Below are positions 8,245 to 15,944 of a stretch of 64,000 bases of DNA, one piece after another; positions within the stretch are counted from its first letter, which is position 1, and each line of letters begins with the position of its first letter. A model generated the notes under the pieces. That model was given only the letters and a program-made list of their open reading frames with translations, had not been told where the DNA came from and searched no databases. This DNA comes from Eubacteriales bacterium. Its GTDB lineage: Bacteria; Bacillota; Clostridia; Oscillospirales; CAG-382. The translations under genes and the position numbers were made by a program. Location of the stretch: the NCBI GenBank assembly GCA_045541355.1, contig JAZQIW010000032.1, forward strand, positions 2,279-66,278, in the 5' to 3' direction.

Positions 8245-9759
8245 ATGAAGAAAATTCTCAGTGTTGTACTTGCAGTAATGATGGTTTGCTCAATTGCATC
8301 CTTTGCTGTAAGCGCAGAAGACAAAATCACAGTAACACTTAATGGTACTGAAATCGTTTTCGCTGACCAGGCTCCTACAATTGTAGACGGAAGAACTCTC
8401 GTTCCTCTTCGTGCAATTTTTGAGGCTCTTGGTGCTTCTGTTAATTGGAATGGCGAAACAAGAACTGTTACATCCGTAAAGGGTGACACAGCAATTTCTC
8501 TCACAATCGACACCCCCACACTTATTGTTAACGGCGAAGCAAAGACACTTGATGTTCCTGCTATGATTATCAATGGCAGAACAATGGTTCCCGCAAGAGC
8601 TGTTGCTGAAGCATACGGCGTTGAAGTTGCATGGGACGGTGATACAAGAACTGTTATCCTTACTACACCCGCTGCTTCTGATGAAGCTCCCGTTGATGGC
8701 GTAGTTGTATTCTCCGAAGCTTTTGCAACCGGTTGTGAAACACTTCAGGAGGTTCAGGATCCCGAAAATCCCTCCAATACTGTTTACTTCATGGAATCTA
8801 ATGCCGGTGAACAGGAATCTTGGACATATTTCTGGCTTCCTGCAAATTATGTGGCAGGCAAGAGATACATAGCTGAATACGATGTATACTTGGCAACTGA
8901 TGTTTTCGGTAATGATATTACTGATGCTGCGCCCAGCGTCGGCACTTGTATGCAGTACGGCGATTATGCTTGTTCTATGCATCCTGATAATGTTGACGGT
9001 AAGTCAATGCACCACGGTAACACTTCTGACGGTAAGACAACTCGCTACGATGTAACTCCTAAGACTTGGCAGCACATCGCGCTTGTTTTTGATATTCCCG
9101 AAACTATTAACCCTGATGAAACTACGAGATTCGGTGTATTTGGTAACCCCGTAGAGGCAGCAGGCTATGGTAATAAGATTTCTGTTAACTTCTACCTTGA
9201 CAACGTTTCTGTAAAGGAATATACAGGTGATGCAGGAACAGGCTTCCTTGATGTTGACTACTCTGATCATGTAGCTCCCGAAAAGCCTGCTGTTGTAATG
9301 CCCGAGGGTCTTACAATTGATAATGCTGAAGGTATCGTATACGAAATGAATGAGGAATCTACACTTTCTCCCAGCAATACCCATAAATATGAAAACGGCC
9401 TTCTCATTTGCGATTCAACAGGCGATAATGACCCCAGAATTGCTGATGCAGGCGTAAAGTTTGAGGCTGCTGAATATTGCGGAGTAATCGCAAAGGTTAA
9501 GTACGAAAACTTTGTATCTGAAGATCCTGCAGTTTTTGGTGTATATTATGCAACAGTTGATGATCCTGAGCTTTCTCAGTCTAAGTATGCTGATGCAAAG
9601 TATGCCAATTATACACCTGATGCTGATGGTTGGTATACCATTTATGTTGACCTTACAACCAAGGAAAACTGGACAGGCACAATCGATACAATCCGTTTTG
9701 ACCCGATTAACGGCGAAGGTATCATTACAATAGACAAGATTGTTGTTGTAAAGAAGTAA
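8245..9759 (+). CDS. Secreted protein with the same architecture as P3 (paralog P5)
   Basis: The start was moved to ATG 8245 (AAAGGAG RBS). The track start at 8197 lies inside the promoter. The signal peptide is MKKILSVVLAVMMVCSIASFAVSAEDK. The CBM-like region contains FYLDNVSVKEYTG. The C-terminus is WTGTIDTIRFDPINGEGIITIDKIVVVKK. Confidence 0.85.
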   Translation: MKKILSVVLAVMMVCSIASFAVSAEDKITVTLNGTEIVFADQAPTIVDGRTLVPLRAIFEALGASVNWNGETRTVTSVKGDTAISLTIDTPTLIVNGEAKTLDVPAMIINGRTMVPARAVAEAYGVEVAWDGDTRTVILTTPAASDEAPVDGVVVFSEAFATGCETLQEVQDPENPSNTVYFMESNAGEQESWTYFWLPANYVAGKRYIAEYDVYLATDVFGNDITDAAPSVGTCMQYGDYACSMHPDNVDGKSMHHGNTSDGKTTRYDVTPKTWQHIALVFDIPETINPDETTRFGVFGNPVEAAGYGNKISVNFYLDNVSVKEYTGDAGTGFLDVDYSDHVAPEKPAVVMPEGLTIDNAEGIVYEMNEESTLSPSNTHKYENGLLICDSTGDNDPRIADAGVKFEAAEYCGVIAKVKYENFVSEDPAVFGVYYATVDDPELSQSKYADAKYANYTPDADGWYTIYVDLTTKENWTGTIDTIRFDPINGEGIITIDKIVVVKK

Positions 9760-9778
9760 TTAAATTACAGGTTGTTGT

Positions 9779-9809
9779 GTACCGCAGAGAAATCTGCGGT
9801 ACTTTTTTT
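9779..9809 (+). terminator. Rho-independent terminator of P5
   Basis: GTACCGCAGA-GAAA-TCTGCGGTAC followed by T7. Confidence 0.9.
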
Positions 9810-9911
9810 AATTGTAAATAAAAATTTTTCTTTAAAAAACTATTCCATTTAAAGCTAATATGTGATATACTTATTTAGGTAAGCTATAAATTAATCTGGA
9901 GGTTTGTTGCT

Positions 9912-10751
9912 GTGGAAATGATTAAAGACATCGGTACATTTTTACTTAATCAGATATCATCGGTATCTGTGTTTGATATTCTTGATATTGCGATTGTTTC
10001 TGTCATTTTTTATTACATATTTAAGTTTGTCAGCGACAGACGTGCAGGCCGACTTGCAATAGGCGTTGTGTTTATAGTTGTTGCTTTGTTTGTAAGTGAT
10101 ATTCTAAATATGCATACACTGAATTTCCTTCTTGAAAATGTTGTTCAGGTTGGTATTATCGGACTTCTTATTGTGTTTCAGTCTGAGCTTCGCAGCTTTC
10201 TTGAAAAGGTTGGCGGCGGTGGTGTTATCGGCTCGCTTAATAAAAGGACAGGCGGCGATATGCAAAAGACTATGGAGTGTATAAATAATGTTGTTGAGGC
10301 AAGCGTCTCGTTTTCAAATGAAAAAACAGGTGCTTTGATGGTGTTTGAACGCAGTACAAAGCTTGGGGATGTCATTAGAACAGGAACCGTTATTAATTCT
10401 GACCCGACTGCTTTTTTGATTAAAAACATTTTTTATAATAAGGCTCCTCTGCATGACGGCGCACTTATTATCAGAGATAACAGACTTTACTCTGCAGGTT
10501 GTTTTCTTCCGCTTTCTCAGAATCAGGACATCATTAAAGACCTCGGCACACGACACAGAGCAGCTATCGGAATGAGTGAAAATTCTGACTGTGTTGTTGT
10601 GGTTGTTTCTGAGGAAACAGGCAGCATTTCTCTCGCTGTCAACGGTGTTTTGACACGTAATTATGATGAACAGTCACTTAAGAGTGAGCTTATTAAATAC
10701 CTTGTTGGTGAGGAAAATAAGCCTAAGAAAAAGCGTTTATCGAATTCATAA
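9912..10751 (+). CDS. cdaA: Diadenylate cyclase CdaA (DacA)
   Basis: Three N-terminal TM helices are followed by a DAC domain with LHDGALII and GTRHRAAIGMSE. A GGAGG RBS lies at 9898-9902. The start is GTG 9912 or ATG 9918. Confidence 0.92.
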   Translation: MEMIKDIGTFLLNQISSVSVFDILDIAIVSVIFYYIFKFVSDRRAGRLAIGVVFIVVALFVSDILNMHTLNFLLENVVQVGIIGLLIVFQSELRSFLEKVGGGGVIGSLNKRTGGDMQKTMECINNVVEASVSFSNEKTGALMVFERSTKLGDVIRTGTVINSDPTAFLIKNIFYNKAPLHDGALIIRDNRLYSAGCFLPLSQNQDIIKDLGTRHRAAIGMSENSDCVVVVVSEETGSISLAVNGVLTRNYDEQSLKSELIKYLVGEENKPKKKRLSNS

Positions 10752-10763
10752 AGGAGGTTTGTC

Positions 10764-11753
10764 ATGCTTTTTAGCTGGAATAGTAATACTAAAAATTCCG
10801 ATAACGGAAAAAAGTCAAGGGACATTCTTCCTAAGGTGCTTTCGGTCATTGCAGCAGTAATACTTTGGTTTTATGTTATAGATGTTCAGACAACTACCGA
10901 AGAAAAGACAATTTATAACGTTCCCGTTGCAATTGAAAATTTTGATAACACAATTGGACTTGATATTGTTTCGGGCAGAGATTATGTTGTTGATGTTGTT
11001 GTCAGAGGTACTAAATCAGAGCTTACAGAACTGTCACAGGATGACGTATATGCTTATGTTGACCTTTCGGGAATCAGCTTTGCAGGAAGTTATAAGGTGA
11101 GTGTAAATGTTGTAAGCCGCTCGGGTGCTTCTGTTGTAAATCAAACTGTTTCTGAGGTTAATATCGGAATTGATAAGACTGTTGCAAAGCCGGTACCGGT
11201 TGTTGTAAATGCAGAATACTCTATTGAAGAAGATGTGTATGAAAAGGGCGAGGAAATTCTTTCCTTTGATACAGTTTATATTTCGGGTCCCGAAAATGTT
11301 GTAAATACGGTTGCAAAGGCAGAGGCAAGAATTGATCTTGGAAAGCTCAACAGTAAAATAACTTCACGTGTTACGCTTGTACCCGTTGATTATGACGGAA
11401 ATGTTGTTACAAGCCCCTATGTTAAGTTTAAGGATACTGCTGTGACCGTTACGGTTCCTGTATATAAAACTGCGACAAAAAAGGTTGATGTAAGCTTTTA
11501 TAATGTCAATTACAGCTATGATTATGTACTTTCTCACAATGAAATTAAAATTAAAGGCGACGCATCGGTAGTTGATAGCATAGAGAGCATAAAGCTTGAG
11601 TCCATTACCGAAACGGAACCCTGCCTGCTCATTAAGCGTCTTTCTCTCCCCGAGGGAATTATAGCTTATGACATGAACGGCGCAACTCTTGATTCTGTGC
11701 GTGTTTCCATCAAGTCTGTAAAACACGTTTCGGGTAATTCTGAGAATGAATAG
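10764..11753 (+). CDS. cdaR: CdaA regulatory protein CdaR (YbbR-domain protein)
   Basis: An N-terminal membrane anchor is followed by repeated V/T-rich YbbR-like beta modules. The gene sits directly downstream of cdaA, as in the conserved operon. Confidence 0.8.
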   Translation: MLFSWNSNTKNSDNGKKSRDILPKVLSVIAAVILWFYVIDVQTTTEEKTIYNVPVAIENFDNTIGLDIVSGRDYVVDVVVRGTKSELTELSQDDVYAYVDLSGISFAGSYKVSVNVVSRSGASVVNQTVSEVNIGIDKTVAKPVPVVVNAEYSIEEDVYEKGEEILSFDTVYISGPENVVNTVAKAEARIDLGKLNSKITSRVTLVPVDYDGNVVTSPYVKFKDTAVTVTVPVYKTATKKVDVSFYNVNYSYDYVLSHNEIKIKGDASVVDSIESIKLESITETEPCLLIKRLSLPEGIIAYDMNGATLDSVRVSIKSVKHVSGNSENE

Positions 11754-13371
11754 TATTTTGAATAGCGGGCATCTTGCCCTTGTCAGAAACATAAAAATCA
11801 GGTGCAGCTTTGATAAAGCATATGTTTTAGACAATGCCGCAATCGAAAAGGCTGTAAAGTTAATTAAAACAACAAAGCTGTTTAATTTCATTTCGGAAAA
11901 ACAAGCATTTGTATATAAAAAATCGGTTGACGCAAGAGAAAAGAAAGAAATATTCCTTGTATATACAATAGCCTTTCCGATAATTGATAAAATTGACTTT
12001 AACACTTTAAAGGGTGTTGATATTGTCGAGATTTCAAACCCTGAAAACATGTTTGTTACAAATAAGAAGCCGTCTAAGCGGCCGCTTGTTGTGGGATTTG
12101 GCCCCTCTGGGATGTTTTGTGCACTTTCTCTTGCAAAGGCGGGGCTTTCACCTGTTGTAATTGAACGCGGAGAAGATATAGATAAACGAGCACTTTCGGT
12201 TGAAAACTATTGGAAGCATGGCGAGCTTAATGCCGAATCGAATGTTCAGTTTGGTGAGGGCGGTGCAGGTACCTTTTCCGATGGCAAACTTCTTACAAGA
12301 ATTAGTGATAAGCTTTGCAATTATGTTTTATCTGAATTTGTTAAGCACGGGGCGCCCGATGAAATCATGTACCTTGCGAAGCCTCATATAGGTACTGATA
12401 ATCTAAGAAATATAGTAAAGAATATCAGAAAAGAGATAGTTGAGCTTGGCGGCAGTGTCAGGTTCGGTACAAAGCTTGAAGCTGTTGAAACCGACAGTAA
12501 TAACAGAATAACAGCATGTATTCTGTCAGGCGGTGAAAGAATAGAATGTGACAGCGTTTTTCTTTGTCTTGGACACAGTGCAAGAGATACTGTGCTAAAG
12601 CTTAGAGATTGCGGAGTCAGAGTTGAGCCGAAACCCTTTTCCGTAGGTCTCAGAATTGAGCATTTGAGACAGAAAATAGACGAGGCTTTATATGGTAGCT
12701 TTGCCGGCTGTGACAGTCTTGGGTCTGCGTCTTATACACTTTCAAGAAAGCTTGACGGGCGTGCTGTTTACTCGTTTTGTATGTGTCCCGGCGGTGTTGT
12801 TGTCGCCTCTGCTTCCGAAAACGGTCAGATAGTTACAAACGGTATGAGTTATTATAGTAGAGATGGCGTCAACTCAAATTCGGCAATTGCTGTGTCTGTT
12901 GATACGTCAGACTACGGTAATACTGTTGAGGGTGCAATTGATTTTCAGCACAGTATTGAAAAAAAGGCGTTTATTTGTGCAGGTGGTCAAGGTGCAGCAC
13001 CCGTTCAGCTTTTGGGTGATTTTCTTGACGACACGCTGCTTTGTGAGCCATCTCGAATATTACCAACTTATACGGGTAAAACATCAATGGTTAAGGTTGA
13101 TGATGTTTTGCCGAAATTTGTTTCACAAAAACTGCGAGACGGTATTGTAATGTTTGAAAGAGATATTGAAGGCTTTTGCGACAGTAATGCAGTTTTGACC
13201 TTTCCTGAGACCCGTACCTCGTCTCCCGTTAAAATTCCGAGAGATGAACATTATCTTGCAATCGGATTTAAAAACCTTTACCCTTGCGGTGAGGGGGCAG
13301 GATATGCAGGAGGAATTACCAGTGCTGCCGTTGACGGCATAAGATGTGCACTTAGTTATTTAAACAGTTAG
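11746..13371 (+). CDS. FAD-dependent oxidoreductase (COG2509-type)
   Basis: VVGFGPSGMFCALSLAKAGLSPVVIERG is a dinucleotide-binding motif that follows a ~100-aa N-terminal domain. The ATG overlaps the cdaR stop (ATGAATAG). Confidence 0.7.
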   Translation: MNSILNSGHLALVRNIKIRCSFDKAYVLDNAAIEKAVKLIKTTKLFNFISEKQAFVYKKSVDAREKKEIFLVYTIAFPIIDKIDFNTLKGVDIVEISNPENMFVTNKKPSKRPLVVGFGPSGMFCALSLAKAGLSPVVIERGEDIDKRALSVENYWKHGELNAESNVQFGEGGAGTFSDGKLLTRISDKLCNYVLSEFVKHGAPDEIMYLAKPHIGTDNLRNIVKNIRKEIVELGGSVRFGTKLEAVETDSNNRITACILSGGERIECDSVFLCLGHSARDTVLKLRDCGVRVEPKPFSVGLRIEHLRQKIDEALYGSFAGCDSLGSASYTLSRKLDGRAVYSFCMCPGGVVVASASENGQIVTNGMSYYSRDGVNSNSAIAVSVDTSDYGNTVEGAIDFQHSIEKKAFICAGGQGAAPVQLLGDFLDDTLLCEPSRILPTYTGKTSMVKVDDVLPKFVSQKLRDGIVMFERDIEGFCDSNAVLTFPETRTSSPVKIPRDEHYLAIGFKNLYPCGEGAGYAGGITSAAVDGIRCALSYLNS

Positions 13372-13379
13372 GATTAGTT

Positions 13380-13823
13380 ATGAGAGCTGAAGGAAGAGTA
13401 ATTGAAGTAAATGGAAGAATAGCCCATGTTGTTTGCACCAGAAGCAGTGCCTGTGCATCCTGTAAGGAATGTGGAAGCAAAGGTATGTGTCATGCAGAGC
13501 TTATTTTTGGAGAAGGAAATGACAGGGTAGATGTTTATGCTGAAAATTTGATAGGTGCTAAGGCCGGAGATACTGTTGAGGTTGAATCATCGACGGGCAA
13601 GACGTTGCTTGCGTCTGCGGCAGTATTTTTACTTCCCGTCATTTTGTCAATAGCTGCATATTTTGTTGCAGGCTGCTTTACATCTGATTCTTTTGTAGTT
13701 GCGTTATGCCTTTTTGTTGCTTTTGTTGTAAGTTTTCTTATAATGACATTTGTAATGAATAAATTTGCAAATTCACATATTACAGCTTGTGTAGTATCAA
13801 TTACAGAGGAGAGCGAAATTTAG
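13380..13823 (+). CDS. RseC/MucC family (SoxR-reducing system RseC-like) membrane protein
   Basis: The N-terminal Cys cluster is SSACASCKECGSKGMCH. Two TM helices follow, and the size is ~147 aa. Confidence 0.7.
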   Translation: MRAEGRVIEVNGRIAHVVCTRSSACASCKECGSKGMCHAELIFGEGNDRVDVYAENLIGAKAGDTVEVESSTGKTLLASAAVFLLPVILSIAAYFVAGCFTSDSFVVALCLFVAFVVSFLIMTFVMNKFANSHITACVVSITEESEI

Positions 13824-15925
13824 TTTTGAAAGAGAATATAATTAAAAATATATGGACAGTTGCAGGCTATGATGCTGATAAAGTTAAGGAAATCGTAAGT
13901 GCTCTTTCTCTTAAGGAGTTTCTTGCCAAGGTTCTTGTTGCTAAGGGGTTTGATACACCAGAGAAAGCATCTGCATACCTTAACAGCAATATTTCCAATC
14001 TTGCGGATCCTTTTTTGCTTCAGGATATGGATAAGGCTGTTGAACGTATAAGGTCGGCAGTAAGTAATAAAGAAAAAATAATGATTTACGGCGACTATGA
14101 TGTTGACGGTGTTACATCAGTCGCTGCTCTTTGGCGCTATCTTACATTTAAGGGCGCAGATGTGGGGTATTATATTCCCGAGCGTATAAACGAGGGATAC
14201 GGACTTAATACTAATGCAATCAAGCGTTTCGGTGATGATGGAGTAAATCTCATAATAACTGTTGACAGCGGTATTACTGCACACGAAGAAATTGATTTTG
14301 CAAATTCCTTGGGTATTGATGTTGTAATTACCGACCATCATGAGTGCAGAGAGGCTCTGCCTAATGCTGCCGCCGTGGTAAATCCACATAGAAACGACAG
14401 TAAATATCCTTTTCGTGAGCTTGCGGGTGTAGGTGTTGTTTTCAGACTTATATGTGCCTATGAGGGTAACAAGAATCTTAACAATATCTGTTCTAAGTAT
14501 AGTGACATAGTTGCTCTCGGCACGGTAGCTGACGTTATGCCCATTGTCGGAGAGAACAGAATTATAGTAAAGCAAGGGCTTGCCTCCTTGGTAAATACAA
14601 AAAATAAAGGACTTTGCGCCCTTATTGAACAGACGTTTTCCGAGAGAAAAACAGCTCAGAGGAAAAACATTACCGCCTCCTCCATCGGCTTCGGTCTTGC
14701 ACCGAGAATTAATGCGGCGGGAAGAATCGGTGATGTTAACCAGGCGCTTAAGCTTCTTATTACCGAAAATAAGTCGGAAGCAGATGAAATCGCTACATAT
14801 CTTTGCGCTGTAAACAGAGAGAGACAGCTTGTTGAAAACAAAATTTTTGAACAGGCTGTTGAGCAGATTGAGTCAAATCATGATTTTGATAATGACAAGG
14901 TGATTGTTCTTGTTTCGGAAAGCTGGCATCTCGGCGTAATTGGAATTGTTGCATCAAAAATTACGGAACGATATAAGCTTCCTTCTATTCTGATATCACT
15001 TGATGGTGAAGTTGGTAAGGGATCAGGAAGAAGTGTAAAGGGCTTTAATATCAACGAGGCTATTTCTGCCTGTAAAAGCCTTTTGATAAAATACGGCGGA
15101 CATGAGCTTGCGGCAGGACTTACAATTGACAGAAACAATGTTGATGCTTTCAGAAAAGCAATAAATGATTATGCAAAGAGCACCTTTGATTTCAGTAATA
15201 TTTGTACCTATCATGATGCAGACTTTGAAATCGGTGTAAATGATATAACCGTTGAACACGCAAAGCAGCTTACAGAGCTTGAGCCCTTCGGTCTGCAGAA
15301 TCCGCTTCCTTTGTTCTATATTAAGGATGCGCTTATCAGCGAATTGTATTCAATCGGCGAGGGTAAGCACATTAAGATGATTATAGAGAAGGATGGCTTT
15401 GTTGCTACTGCGCTTTATTTCTGCATGCCTATTGAACGCTTTCCTTTTACCGAGGGAGACAGGGCTGACTTTATGTGCAACATAGACCTGAATGACTTTA
15501 GAGGAACCCTTTCTGTTCAGGCAGTTGTCAAGGATGTAAGAATGTCTGAAAGTGATATTGCTCTCAAGAAAGCAAATGAGGATGCTTTTTCGGCAATACT
15601 TGACGGTAATTGTGATGTTAAAGAAGCAAGTGTACCGTCAATGACGGATTTCAGAGCAACATTCTTGTATTTTAAAAATCATATCGGTGATTTTGACAAG
15701 ATGGTAGAATTCGATATCTGGAAAACATCGAGAGCTGTTTCAAGAGAATACGGAATTGACTGTTCATCGCTGAAGCTTAACATTATTTTAAGTGTCTTTG
15801 AAGAAATGAAGCTTATTTCTCTTGTCAGAAATGATACTGAGACGGTTTCGTTGTCTCTTCTGAAAACCGAAGGAAAGGTTAATATAGAAGAAGCGCAGTT
15901 CCTGTCTCGACTAAATAAAATCTAA
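13787..15925 (+). CDS. recJ: Single-stranded-DNA-specific exonuclease RecJ
   Basis: DHH motifs are IYGDYDVDGVTS, ITVDSG and VITDHHE. The DHHA1 motif is GGHELAAG. The start is ambiguous: TTG 13787 (overlapping the RseC-like gene) or TTG 13826. Confidence 0.9.
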   Translation: MCSINYRGERNLVLKENIIKNIWTVAGYDADKVKEIVSALSLKEFLAKVLVAKGFDTPEKASAYLNSNISNLADPFLLQDMDKAVERIRSAVSNKEKIMIYGDYDVDGVTSVAALWRYLTFKGADVGYYIPERINEGYGLNTNAIKRFGDDGVNLIITVDSGITAHEEIDFANSLGIDVVITDHHECREALPNAAAVVNPHRNDSKYPFRELAGVGVVFRLICAYEGNKNLNNICSKYSDIVALGTVADVMPIVGENRIIVKQGLASLVNTKNKGLCALIEQTFSERKTAQRKNITASSIGFGLAPRINAAGRIGDVNQALKLLITENKSEADEIATYLCAVNRERQLVENKIFEQAVEQIESNHDFDNDKVIVLVSESWHLGVIGIVASKITERYKLPSILISLDGEVGKGSGRSVKGFNINEAISACKSLLIKYGGHELAAGLTIDRNNVDAFRKAINDYAKSTFDFSNICTYHDADFEIGVNDITVEHAKQLTELEPFGLQNPLPLFYIKDALISELYSIGEGKHIKMIIEKDGFVATALYFCMPIERFPFTEGDRADFMCNIDLNDFRGTLSVQAVVKDVRMSESDIALKKANEDAFSAILDGNCDVKEASVPSMTDFRATFLYFKNHIGDFDKMVEFDIWKTSRAVSREYGIDCSSLKLNIILSVFEEMKLISLVRNDTETVSLSLLKTEGKVNIEEAQFLSRLNKI

Positions 15926-15944
15926 TTCTAAGGAATGTTAAAAC

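Noticed and set aside
4720-8982. Long minus-strand ORFs (4720-5226, 4997-5377, 6896-7528, 8217-8573, 8290-8982) opposite the array paralogs
   Set aside because: They recur only because the sense-strand genes are paralogous. The translations are Cys/Asn/Ser-rich with no motifs and no RBS, and they overlap well-supported secreted-protein genes completely.
11364-12050. 228-aa minus-strand ORF spanning the cdaR / FAD-protein junction
   Set aside because: It is antisense to two coupled, motif-supported genes. Its composition is I/F/N/K-rich, typical of out-of-frame AT-rich sequence.
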